Origin: a bacterium
GTDB taxonomy: Bacteria; Patescibacteriota; Saccharimonadia; UBA4664
Assembly (NCBI GenBank): GCA_016699105.1
Contig: CP064960.1
Coordinates: 456,727 to 520,726, forward strand
Length of the DNA: 64,000 bases
Direction of reading: 5' to 3'
Shown: positions 1 through 9,873 of the stretch, in pieces
Layout: each line of letters starts with the position of its first letter
Numbering within the stretch: the stretch's first letter is position 1
Program-made: the position numbers and the translations under genes
Notes under the pieces: model-generated
Told to the model about the DNA's origin: nothing
The model's database searches: none
The model's input: the letters and a program-made list of their open reading frames with translations, nothing else

Positions 1-1302
1 GGTTTTGAGAAACAGTCTGAGCTTGACGATTACTTGGCAAAGTTAGAACAAGCGGCAGCTCGTGATCATCGAAAGCTTGGCCGAGAGCTGGATTTGTTTG
101 TGTTTAGCGACCTAGTAGGCCCAGGGTTGCCCTTATGGACCCTCGGGGCACCATGATGCGTGAGCAGCTGAATGCATACGTCCAGGAACTGCGTGAAACG
201 CTGGGGAGGCTACCAAGCGGTGACCATTCCGCATATTACGAAAAAGACCTATATGAAAAAGCGGCCATTGGAAAAAATTTGCCGATGAGCTGTTTAAGAT
301 TACGACGCGTGAGGGCATGTTTTTGCGATGAAACCCATGAACTGCCCTCATCACACGCAAATTTATGCGAGTCAGCCACGAAGTTACCGGGACCTGCCAA
401 TACGCTACCGGGAGACGACTATGGTTTACCGCGATGAGCAAAGTGGCGAGTTGTCGGGATTGAGCCGGGTACGATCAATTACTCAGGATGATGCTCACGT
501 GTTTTGTCGGACAAGCCAAATTGAGACTGAGATTGGTCGGATCTGGGAAATAATCACCACGCTCAATCGGACATTTGGAATTGAGCTTAAGGTACGTTTG
601 AGTCGTCACGATCCCCAAGCCATGGATCAGTATCTCGGTGACCCCGAAATGTGGCAACGGGCTGAAGAACAATTGGAACGAGTGGTACGGGCTAAAGTCG
701 GTGATGAATTCATAAATAGTGTTGGTGATGCCGCGTTTTATGGACCAAAAATCGATTTTGTCGGTCGCGATGTCTTTGGACGCGAGTTTCAAGCAGGAAC
801 TGTCCAGCTCGATTTTGGTCAACCAGAAGGTTTCGATCTAGTCTGTATCAATGAAGCCGGTGAACGTGAGCGCGTCGTCATGGTCCACGCAGCAATCATG
901 GGATCGATAGAACGGTTTATGGTACTACTGATAGAGTCGACCGGTGGGGCATTCCCATTGTGGCTAGCTCCAGAGCAAGTGCGATTGGCACCTGTGAACG
1001 ATTCACGGGAACTTGGTGAATTTGTAGAGCAATGGCGACAACAACTCATGGCCGCTGGGTTACGTGTTGGCATTGATGGTAGCTCCGAAAGTGTTGGCAA
1101 GAAGATTCGAGCTGCCGGTTTGGCTAAGGTTCCCTATACACTAGTTATCGGCGACAAAGAGCGACAGCAACAAACAGTCAGCCCTCGTTTACGCCAGGGT
1201 CATGGGGACTTTACCGGCGAGTTGACTCTCGATGATCTGATTGCGGCATTGCAACAAGAAGTGTCCGAGCGACTGAACCAATCGGCACTTTCGAATAAAT
1301 AG
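1..1302 (+). CDS. thrS: Threonyl-tRNA synthetase, 3' ~430 codons (5' end outside window); reading frame broken at five homopolymer runs within 140-330
   Basis: ORF 328..1302 contains KPMNCPHH and [14 protein letters not shown] class-II ThrRS motifs. Manual translation of 1-330 recovers ThrRS-like sequence ([37 protein letters not shown]) only by switching frames at gggg(145-148), gggg(204-207), aaaaa(241-245), aaaaa(256-260), ttttt(320-324). Confidence 0.85.
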
Positions 1303-1347
1303 TCTTATCTGATGATACGACCACTTAAGCTGTAATAATTACAACAT

Positions 1348-2262
1348 ATGACAAAGATTCGTGACATGATGGAGCTATCGGGGTTGCCACTGGTGGTGAT
1401 TACGGGCCCAACAGCTAGTGGTAAAACAGCTGTCGCTCTCGATATAGCCAGGCAAATCAATGGCGAGATTATTTGTGCAGACTCCCGGACAGTCTATAAA
1501 CATATGGATATAGGGACAGCGAAACCATCTTCGGCTGAACGAATACAGATTCCTCATCATCTACTTGATCTCATACAACCAAATGAACATTTAAGTGTCG
1601 GGGAATTTCAGGATTTGGCTGAAGCTGCCATCGAAAATATCTGGAAAAGGGGACACGTTCCAATGTTGGTAGGCGGGAGCGGATTATATCTAGACAGCGT
1701 TCTGTATAGCTTTGATTTTCCGCCAGCTGCTGATCCGGTTGTGCGCAGTAAATATAATGACATGACGCTCGATGAACTGGTTGTAGAATTACGGCGTGCG
1801 AGCCCAGAACGTAGTGAGACAATTGATCTCAAGAATAAAAGACGGGTAGTCAGGGCATTGGAAACGCAAGCGGTGGGTACCGGACGTCGGTTTGATTTAC
1901 TACCAGGCGCTTTGGTCATAGGAATGGCTCTGAACAAAGATGTTGCTCGTGATCGAATCGCAAAAAGGGTAGAATTAATGCTTTCCCAAGGCTTTGTTGA
2001 GGAGGTAACCTATATCGGTGAGACTTACGATTGGGACTGCGCAGCCTTCAACGTGATTGGTTACCGAGCCTTTGCGCCGGTCGTACAGGGACTAGAATCG
2101 ATCGAAGTGGGTACCGAGCATTTCATTCGAGGCGATCTGGCTTTGTATAAAAAACAAATGACATGGTTTAAGAAGAACTTAGATATCAAGTGGGTGGAGA
2201 ATCCTCAAGCCGCGCAGGTACTGGCACAAGCGTACATAGCCAATTTAAAAGGTATACTATAG
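1348..2262 (+). CDS. miaA: tRNA dimethylallyltransferase
   Basis: 304 aa ORF; P-loop GPTASGKT, ADSRTVYKHMDIGTAKP and HHLLD motifs typical of MiaA. Confidence 0.85.
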   Translation: MTKIRDMMELSGLPLVVITGPTASGKTAVALDIARQINGEIICADSRTVYKHMDIGTAKPSSAERIQIPHHLLDLIQPNEHLSVGEFQDLAEAAIENIWKRGHVPMLVGGSGLYLDSVLYSFDFPPAADPVVRSKYNDMTLDELVVELRRASPERSETIDLKNKRRVVRALETQAVGTGRRFDLLPGALVIGMALNKDVARDRIAKRVELMLSQGFVEEVTYIGETYDWDCAAFNVIGYRAFAPVVQGLESIEVGTEHFIRGDLALYKKQMTWFKKNLDIKWVENPQAAQVLAQAYIANLKGIL

Positions 2263-2265
2263 TCA

Positions 2266-3631
2266 TGCCTGTTTGGACTACATTATTGGTAGGTAAATCG
2301 ATTGCACGATTAAGCAGATTGTCGGGGCGCGGTGGCGGTCAAGCTTTACCGGGGTTGGTAGCAGAACAGCTAGACCCAAAACTGCTACGCAAGATTAGTC
2401 AAAAATTTCCTCAGGGTATCGTCTTGGTGACGGGCACAAATGGAAAAACCACTACTGCCAAGTTGCTGGCATCAATGCTAGAGAAAAAAGGCTGGCGTGT
2501 GTTAACAAATTCGACTGGTTCGAATTTGAAACGAGGCATCGTTTCGGCGGTTATAGACGGAGCCAGTATTTCTGGAAATTTACCGTTCGATGCTGCAGTG
2601 TTTGAAGTTGATGAAGCTACTTTGCGGCTGGTTGCGGGATTGCTTCAGCCAAAATACATTGTGGTGCTCAATTTGTTCCGGGATCAGCTTGATCGATATG
2701 GTGAGCTCGATACCACGGCAGCCTTGATTGGTGAAGGCATTGGCCAAACCGAATCTACACTCTGTTTGAATGCTGATGACCCATTAGTAGCCAGCTTAGT
2801 AAAATACGCTGCCAAGCCAGAACAGACAATGTATTTTGGCGTGGGACAGTCAGTGGATCACCGCCCGTCACTGATCACCGCTACGGATTCCGATAGGTGT
2901 CCAATTTGTCATGAGTTACTACAATTTCCCCGAGTTTGGTTTGGTCACATTGGACACTATAAATGCCATAACTGCGGCTATAAGCGACCGAAACCTGGTG
3001 TAGAAATTACATCAATAAGTGAAATGACAACTCAATCTAGTAGATTAGAAATGCGATTAATGGGTGCTAAGCTGACGGTCAATTTTCAGCTTCCGGGGAT
3101 ATATAATGTCTACAACGCGGCGGCCGCTTCCGCGGTAGCTACTCTATGGGGATTGATATGTTGATGGTGTCGCGGGCATTGTCGGCTTCAGTGCCGGCGT
3201 TTGGTCGCGTGGAGCGGGTAACTTATAAAGGTCGGACGATTTGTATTCTCTTGATTAAGAATCCGGCTGGATTTGCTCAAGTGGTACAGACGTTTTTGCA
3301 AGATCGTAGCGGGCTAGCAGTGTTGTTTGCGATAAATGACCTGCATGCGGATGGGCGGGATGTGTCTTGGTTGTGGGACGTACCGCTCGAAGGATTATCA
3401 CGGCAACATTTAGATTTGTGGGTGACCGGTTTACGCAGCTGGGATATGGCTTTGCGTTTAAAATATGCTGGTATGGAAAGTATTGTTGAATCGGACATAC
3501 GCGGAGCTTTAGATAATCTGGTAACGAGTCGTCCAGAAGGCTCGGAAGTATATGTTTTGCCAACATATACTGCAATGAATGACATCCGGGCGGTTCTCGG
3601 TAAAGTGACGGAAGTCGAGAATATTCGATGA
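2266..3631 (+). CDS. murT: Mur ligase family protein MurT (lipid II isoglutaminyl synthase ligase subunit); one frameshift near 3148-3151
   Basis: GTNGKTTT Mur-ligase P-loop and a CxxC...CxxC zinc ribbon (2266..3164), then a DUF1727-like C-terminal domain (3146..3631). The two ORFs join in one reading frame if one g is added to gggg at 3148-3151. Confidence 0.8.
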
Positions 3632-4383
3632 AGAAGATAACGATCGCTCATCTGTATCCCAGAGAAATGAATATATATGGTGACATGGGCAATGTGTTGT
3701 CATTGCGGCAACGCTTAGCTTGGCGGGGACTTGGCAGTGAAGTTGTATTGGTTGAGCCCGGCGAAAAAGTCCGTTGGTCGGATATTGATTTGGTATTTGG
3801 TGGTGGTGGCCAAGATTCGGGCCAAGTAATTATGAGTAGCGATTTGAGTCACCATGGCCAAGAACTAAAACGGATGGTGGCTGATGGAGTGCCGATGCTT
3901 GTAATTTGCGGAAGTTATCAGCTTTTTGGACATGGTTTCACTACAGTTAGTGGTCAAGAATTAGCTGGAATCGGTGTTTTTGGAGCGCATACTCGGGGAG
4001 GCGATCAACGGCTTATCGGTAATGTGTTGATCAATTCACAGCGATTTGGTCGGCTGGTAGGTTTTGAAAATCATTCTGGGCAAACAATTTTGGCAGAAGA
4101 CCAACCAGCGTTGGGCGAGGTAGTCCAAGGGTATGGCAATGACGGCAGCGGCCAAGCAGAAGGTGCCATAATACAAAATGCTGTAGGCACCTATCTCCAC
4201 GGTCCCATATTGCCAAAGAACCCACGTTTAGCTGACGATTTGCTCAAACACGCATTGGAGCGGGCCGGTATAGTAAATGAGTTAGATAACTTGATGATAG
4301 CTTGGAAATATCTGCAGCCGATCAGGCAGCAATTCGACCCCGGTAGACGTCAAGCTACAATATGGTTATGCTTGGGGCTATGA
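3628..4383 (+). CDS. gatD: Glutamine amidotransferase GatD (CobB/CobQ-like GATase), partner of MurT
   Basis: 251 aa with a CobB/CobQ-like GATase1 fold (ICGSYQLFGHGF). Start overlaps the murT stop (ATGA) and the gene is co-oriented with murT. Confidence 0.8.
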   Translation: MKKITIAHLYPREMNIYGDMGNVLSLRQRLAWRGLGSEVVLVEPGEKVRWSDIDLVFGGGGQDSGQVIMSSDLSHHGQELKRMVADGVPMLVICGSYQLFGHGFTTVSGQELAGIGVFGAHTRGGDQRLIGNVLINSQRFGRLVGFENHSGQTILAEDQPALGEVVQGYGNDGSGQAEGAIIQNAVGTYLHGPILPKNPRLADDLLKHALERAGIVNELDNLMIAWKYLQPIRQQFDPGRRQATIWLCLGL

Positions 4384-5748
4384 TCATGATGCCCGATGAG
4401 GCTATTACTGAGGTTGAACTCAGCCAGGCTAAAACACCGCCAGTTTCCAAGCGATATTCTGTGCAAAAGCGATTTGGTCGGTTTTTGCGTATCTTGGGTC
4501 CGGGAGTCGTGACTGGTGCCGCCGATGATGATCCATCCGGCATTGCCACATACTCACAAGCAGGGGCGATGTTTGGGCTGAGTATGGCTTGGGTGATGCC
4601 GTTTACATACCCACTCATGACGGCAGTACAAGAAGCGTGTGCTCGCATTGGTGCAGTCACCGGTAAAGGCCTGGCGGCCGTGGTACGCACGCATTACCCG
4701 AAACCAGTACTTTATAGTGTTGTGGGATTGGTGGTGTTTGCCAATACGCTTAACATCGGGGCTGATATTGGAGCTATGGCCGCGAGCGCCCAGCTGCTTT
4801 GGCCACAGCTGCCCTTTGCAACTGCGAGCAATTGTATTTGCAGTGTTAATGCTCGCTCTGGAGATTTGGATTCCATATAAAACGTACGTGAAAATGCTGA
4901 AATGGCTGGCATTAACATTATTTTCATACGTTATAACGGCGTTTATCGTGCATGTACCGTGGGCTGAAGTCTGGCATGCTACTTGGGTTCCGCATATTTC
5001 ATGGTCGCCGGCGTATTTATATGCACTCGTTGGTATTTTGGGCACCACCATATCTCCGTATTTGTTTTTCTGGCAGACGAGTGAGGTCGTTGAAGACGAG
5101 ATTGCAGCTCATCGCTTAGCGCAACGAGGCGGTGTACCCCGTTTGAGCCGTCGGTATCTCATGAATTTACGGATCGATAATGCATTCGGCATGCTGTTTA
5201 GCAATGTGGTGGCTTGGTTTATTATTATCGTCGGTGCAGTTGTGCTTCACGCCAATGGTGTCACTGAAGTGGCTTCGGCCGCCGATGCCGCCCGGGCGTT
5301 GGAGCCACTAGTAAATGGTTGGCCAAACGCCGGCTACTGGGCCAAAGTAATTTTTGCCGTCGGTATTATTGGCATTGGCTTGTTGAGCGTACCGGTATTG
5401 GCTGGTGCTTCGTCATATGCCATCGCCGAGACTTTTGGCTGGAAAGAGGGTCTCTACCGGCCGTTGAAAAAAGCGCGTGGATTTTATGCTGTAATCGCTG
5501 TGGGCACTTTGGCCGGGTTGGCATTTAATTTCCTCGGTATTGATACCATGCAGGCGTTAGTATTTGCGGCGGTGTTTAATGGCGTGGCTGCGGTACCGCT
5601 CGTACTCCTGATATTACTTATATCGATGCGCTCGGATATCATGGGTGAACACCGGAGCGGGTGGTGGTCTCGGCTGGGATTATTGGCCACATTTATATTG
5701 ATGCTTGGGGCAGCTGTAGCCATGTTGCTGTCTTTTTTGCCTATATAA
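4362..5748 (+). CDS. mntH: Nramp family divalent metal (Mn2+/Fe2+) transporter; one frameshift near 4812-4817
   Basis: GPGVVTGAADDDPSGIATYSQAGA Nramp signature and multi-TM profile. ORFs 4362..4880 and 4639..5748 are consecutive parts of one transporter, split at ccc/ttt (4812-4817). Exact start is ambiguous (4362-4382). Confidence 0.75.
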
Positions 5749-5813
5749 GGTTTGATCTGGTACAATTTAGCTAAATTAGAGTGCCAAGGGGAGCTTTTAA
5801 GAGTTACAAGACC

Positions 5814-6506
5814 ATGGTAGAGCAGTTATTTGGTTCTAAGACCAGGGTGAAGTTGTTAAGTTTGTTTTTTAACAACCCCGGTCGGCCGTTTTATGTTCGA
5901 GAAATTACCCGTAAAATCGATGAACAGATAAACTCTGTCCGTCGAGAGCTGGCAAATTTGTTATCAGTTGGTTTGGTATCCTCAGATGGGGCTAATAACC
6001 GGCTGTATTATGAAGTAAATCCAAAATATGAGTTTTACGAGCAGTTACGCAGTATCTTTACGGCCATACCGGCAAAATCCAAAGATCCGGTGGTCAAAGA
6101 AGTTCGTGAGGAAGATAAGATCGTCAAGCGACTCAAGTCGGCCGGGTCAATTAGTTTTGCTTTCTTGACAGGTAGTTTTGCCAGAGAAACGGCTACTAAT
6201 GTTGATATTTTTGTAGTGGGTGATCTCAACAAGGCACGTTTAGCCAAAGCTGTCGGTGAGCTCGAAAAAGAATTAGGCCGGGAACTCAATTATTCGGCTT
6301 TGTCGGTCGAAGAGTATGATTACCGCTTGGGCTTGAACGACAGATTTGTAACCTCGGTGTTGGAAGCCCGCAAAATCGTGATTATCGATGGCGAAAACAA
6401 ACCCCTAGCCCACAATGAGGTCACATTTGGTGAGTATGTTGAGGCAGGATTGGTTCCAGTACGGGCGGGATCTCGACCGGGTCGGGGTCAGATAATAAAA
6501 GACTAA
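5814..6506 (+). CDS. Predicted transcriptional regulator: winged HTH fused to a nucleotidyltransferase-like domain
   Basis: N-terminal HTH-like segment (MVEQLFGSKTRVKLLSLFF...VREITRKI) and a C-terminal NTase-like segment (FLTGSFARETATNVDIFVVGDL). A GTG at 5781 is an alternative start. Confidence 0.5.
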   Translation: MVEQLFGSKTRVKLLSLFFNNPGRPFYVREITRKIDEQINSVRRELANLLSVGLVSSDGANNRLYYEVNPKYEFYEQLRSIFTAIPAKSKDPVVKEVREEDKIVKRLKSAGSISFAFLTGSFARETATNVDIFVVGDLNKARLAKAVGELEKELGRELNYSALSVEEYDYRLGLNDRFVTSVLEARKIVIIDGENKPLAHNEVTFGEYVEAGLVPVRAGSRPGRGQIIKD

Positions 6507-6524
6507 CAACAAAGGAGTTTAACA

Positions 6525-7145
6525 TTGGATATTTCTTATCTTGGTAACGGTAGTGTGCGGATTTCGGGAAAAGACATAGATATCGTCACCGATCCGGTAG
6601 CAGGCACAAAAGTAAAAGCCGACGTCGTGACGTGGTCGGCACCCGAAGCCTCGGGCATGGGGTTTGTGAAGCTGGCTGATACACTCCTGCTTGATGATCC
6701 CGGTGAATATGAGGTTAAGAGCTGCGCTATCACTGGAGTACCCACACGCTTGCATATCGACGAGTCGGGTGAACGGGGAACCGCCTATAGTTTTGATGTT
6801 GATGGTATACACGTAATTGTGGTTGGAAACGTGGCCGGTAAACTGGCTGATGCGCAAGTGGAAGGCCTTGGTCAAGCCGATGTGTTGGTGGTACCGGTGG
6901 GCGGTGGTGGATTGACCCTGGATGCTCAAGGTGCGGCTGAGCTGGTGGCACAATTGGAGCCAAGTTGGGTGATTCCGGTCCATTATGACGACGGAGTTTC
7001 TCAATACGCTGTTCCGCAAGCCAAAGTCGAAGAATTTTTAGGCGAAATGGGAGTCAAGCCGGAACCAGTGTCAAAATTCCGACTATCTATAAAAGACACT
7101 GCCGCCGAGACACAGGTGGTGTTGCTACAGCGGCAGGGGAGCTAA
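6525..7145 (+). CDS. MBL-fold (UPF0173-like) metal-dependent hydrolase
   Basis: 206 aa with MBL-fold-like motifs (ISYLGNGSVRISG...IDIVTDP, HYDD). TTG start preceded by an AAAGGAG RBS at 6510-6516. Confidence 0.6.
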   Translation: MDISYLGNGSVRISGKDIDIVTDPVAGTKVKADVVTWSAPEASGMGFVKLADTLLLDDPGEYEVKSCAITGVPTRLHIDESGERGTAYSFDVDGIHVIVVGNVAGKLADAQVEGLGQADVLVVPVGGGGLTLDAQGAAELVAQLEPSWVIPVHYDDGVSQYAVPQAKVEEFLGEMGVKPEPVSKFRLSIKDTAAETQVVLLQRQGS

Positions 7146-7151
7146 CAAATT

Positions 7152-7373
7152 TTACTGGGCGGGCTTAGCGGCTTTGGCGGCAGCTTGACGGTCCCATTTT
7201 TTGAGAGTGCGCAAAGTAGAAGTAGCTACTTTGAGCCGGACTTTTTGGCCACCTACAACCACCGTCAGAGGTTGGAGATTGGGCTTCCAGACCTTACGGG
7301 TCTTTTTCTGGGAAAAAGGCACGCTGTTGCCAAATTGCTTGCCTTTACCGGTAATGTCGCAGGCGTATGCCAT
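7152..7373 (-). CDS. rpmB: 50S ribosomal protein L28
   Basis: 73 aa basic protein MAYACDITGKGKQFGNSVPFSQKKTRKVWKPNLQ matching the L28 N-terminal consensus. Confidence 0.85.
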   Translation of the reverse strand: MAYACDITGKGKQFGNSVPFSQKKTRKVWKPNLQPLTVVVGGQKVRLKVATSTLRTLKKWDRQAAAKAAKPAQ

Positions 7374-7447
7374 AAAATTAGTCCTTCGATAACCTCGGTA
7401 GTGTACATGATCCAGATAGCCATGTCAACGTTTGCTATAATGAAGCT

Positions 7448-8074
7448 ATGAACGGACTAGAAATCGTCGCCCAACTAACTGCTCTCATATTTGGCGTAAC
7501 CGCCCATGAATTCGCGCATGCTTGGGTGGGGCACCAATTAGGCGATACGACAGCCAAGGATCAAGGCCGTTTAACTATGAATCCAATCGCTCATATTGAC
7601 CCGATTGCGACGCTATTATTGCCAATATTTTTGATATTGATTGGCTCGCCGGTAATATTTGCCGCTGCTAAGCCAGTGCCGTTTAATCCCTGGGCATTGC
7701 AGGGAGGACGCTGGGGAGCAGCACTGGTAGCAGTCGCTGGTCCACTGACAAACCTGATGATAGCGGGCTTTGTGGCCTTATGGCTGCAATTAATGCCATT
7801 AAGCGCCGTATCGGCAACATTCTTGCTCGCCATGGTACTCGTAAATGTCGGCTTGTTTGTATTTAATATGATTCCGTTTCCGCCGTTGGATGGTTCTCGC
7901 GTTTTATATGCGATGGCACCACCGAGCTGGCGCGAAGTATTAGACCGTATTGAACGGATGGGTTTTGCGGTATTACTCATCGTTATGTTATTCGGCTTTC
8001 AGTATATTTCTCCATATGTTGCAAAAGTTACAACGTTTATTGTTCACTTCTTGATAGGAAGTTTGAGAGTGTAA
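7448..8074 (+). CDS. Site-2 protease family (peptidase M50-like) membrane zinc metalloprotease
   Basis: HEFAHAW (HExxH) inside a multi-TM 208 aa protein; typical small S2P-like architecture. Confidence 0.7.
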   Translation: MNGLEIVAQLTALIFGVTAHEFAHAWVGHQLGDTTAKDQGRLTMNPIAHIDPIATLLLPIFLILIGSPVIFAAAKPVPFNPWALQGGRWGAALVAVAGPLTNLMIAGFVALWLQLMPLSAVSATFLLAMVLVNVGLFVFNMIPFPPLDGSRVLYAMAPPSWREVLDRIERMGFAVLLIVMLFGFQYISPYVAKVTTFIVHFLIGSLRV

Positions 8075-8931
8075 TGGCTACTAGGCGTCATTTAGCGCAC
8101 AAGTATCAACCCGTAATGGTGCTGCGCTATCATGATCGCCTGGATGTTGTGCGGCAACGATTGCGCTGGCTGAGAGCACTAAACCCCGATGTATCGGTGC
8201 ATGGCATTTATGGCGGCCAAGAACCGCTACCGGCAGCCATAATTGATTTGTTTGATAGCCATTATCAACTCGATTTATTACCAGAACTTGCCTGGCGCAA
8301 TATGGATCTGGCTTTGCTCGAGTGGTACCGTACTATTGGTCAAAGTTTACCGTTTAGTCATCTGTACATTCAAGAATGGGATTTAGTCTATTTGGCGCCT
8401 TTGAACGAAGTAGTGCCAGTGCCAGAGATAGGACAATCGCTATTGACCGGATACACGCCATTATCAATGGTGGAGTGGAAGTGGGATTGGACTAACGGTA
8501 AGCGACTTGGTCCGCTCAACGAATGGCTCGAGCTTAAACGGTTTGTAGCCGGAGTCTATCATTATTATGGTCCATACTATGCCAGTATTGGGCCCGGCGC
8601 AGTGTTGTCACGAGAGTTTCTGGAGTTCTATATGACCCTGGAGCTGCCACTATTGTGCATCGATTCACTGCGATTGCCTTTGGTACACGCCATTGGAGGA
8701 TTGAAAGTCGCGGATACCAAATTGTATCCGCCCGACTGGTACCAACCAGAACACGTTGATTGGATACGACGGTTTAATGTGCGCAAATGGGATGTGGAGC
8801 CTACATTGGTCAATAAAGAAGCCCGTCAGGGGCACAATGCATTCCATCCAGTGAGTAATTTGTTAGATGAACGGTTGCTAAAGCGGGCACAGTCTCGGTA
8901 CAATGTGAGCGGCTCTGCACCACGCGACTAG
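8074..8931 (+). CDS. Hypothetical Trp-rich protein, start overlaps the S2P-like gene stop (likely co-transcribed)
   Basis: 285 aa ORF with no recognisable motif; coding-like composition; ATG overlaps the upstream stop. Confidence 0.4.
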   Translation: MATRRHLAHKYQPVMVLRYHDRLDVVRQRLRWLRALNPDVSVHGIYGGQEPLPAAIIDLFDSHYQLDLLPELAWRNMDLALLEWYRTIGQSLPFSHLYIQEWDLVYLAPLNEVVPVPEIGQSLLTGYTPLSMVEWKWDWTNGKRLGPLNEWLELKRFVAGVYHYYGPYYASIGPGAVLSREFLEFYMTLELPLLCIDSLRLPLVHAIGGLKVADTKLYPPDWYQPEHVDWIRRFNVRKWDVEPTLVNKEARQGHNAFHPVSNLLDERLLKRAQSRYNVSGSAPRD

Positions 8932-9083
8932 CTCGTAATTTTTCTCTGTAAGTTTACCAACGGGAGTTCGAGATTGTTTTAGCCCGTGGGCTACTGACTG
9001 AGGACACCCACCTGCCATTGGCAGGGAAAAGTTGGCCTGAGCTGGACGGTGGTTGCGGAGTCATATAGAATATGTGGGTTCAT

Positions 9084-9159
9084 CGGGGTGTGGCGCAGTT
9101 GGTAGCGCGTACGGCTGGGGGCCGTGAGGCCGCAGGTTCGAGTCCTGTCACCCCGACCA
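9084..9159 (+). tRNA. tRNA-Pro (anticodon GGG)
   Basis: 76-nt cloverleaf folded by hand. Acceptor CGGGGUG/CACCCCG with the C1:G72 pair typical of bacterial tRNA-Pro, A73, encoded CCA. D-loop AGUUGGUA, anticodon stem UACGG/CCGUG, loop CUGGGGG (anticodon GGG, G37), T-loop UUCGAGU. Confidence 0.9.
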
Positions 9160-9171
9160 TAGAACTTATAT

Positions 9172-9200
9172 TAAAAAAGAGGCCGCAAGGTCTCTTTTTA
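9172..9200 (+). terminator. Rho-independent terminator after tRNA-Pro
   Basis: GAGGCC-GCAA-GGUCUC hairpin with a GNRA loop, followed by TTTTT. Confidence 0.5.
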
Positions 9201-9219
9201 ATCTGATAAAATAACTTAT

Positions 9220-9790
9220 ATGAAGTTTGATTTTATACGTCATTCAAAGACTAAGGTTGAATCTGATAAACCTATCGCGTTGTGGGGTCTGGCGGATGAA
9301 GGGATTTTGAAAGCTCAGGTTTTGAGTAATGATGAAGCCATCAAGCGACTCGATATCGTTTGCTCGAGCCTTCAAACTAAGGCCATTGAGACGATGCTCT
9401 ACCTAGCTAAACCCAATACCCTACCAATGCGTACCCACCCGGATCTTGCCGAAATTACGTCATTTAGCAACAAGTTTTTATATTGGCGAAGAATATACCT
9501 CTCAGATTGAGCGGTATTATGAACGTAAACTAGATCGAATCGCAGGCGGGGAAACAATCGAGGAAGCTTTAGGCCGCTTTGTTGCTGCAATCTGAGGCAA
9601 TTATCAGTCAGGAAACGCAGGCGAAGAATATTGGCATTGTGACTCACGGTTATATTTTGTCCTTCTTTACGGGAGATATTCAGATCTAGACCCATATGAA
9701 CTTCATAAGACGATTCAGCAGCCAGATGTGGCAGAGTTTGAGTTGGGAATCAAAGTCTTTTATACGGATGTGGGGCAAGTAGGGTGTTCA
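9220..9790 (+). pseudogene. Histidine phosphatase (phosphoglycerate mutase family) gene disrupted by several frameshifts/stop
   Basis: ORF 9220..9510 starts MKFDFIRHSKT (RHG-type catalytic motif). Downstream, ...IGIVTHGYILSFFTGDI... is readable only in other frames, with an in-frame TGA near 9592. At least 3 disruptions. Confidence 0.55.
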
Positions 9791-9873
9791 AAACGTTAAG
9801 GTCCATATCACATCAACGATGGTCGTCCATAGTATTAATTATCTTGGTACTGAATAGTTCCACAATTATCCCA

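Noticed and set aside
140-330. Programmed ribosomal frameshifting or true pseudogenisation of thrS
   Set aside because: Five shifts in 190 bp, all single-base at homopolymers, in an essential gene, and the same pattern recurs genome-wide. Sequencing error is far more parsimonious.
7185-7451. + strand ORFs of 88 and 63 aa
   Set aside because: Antisense to rpmB (L28), with no coding features.
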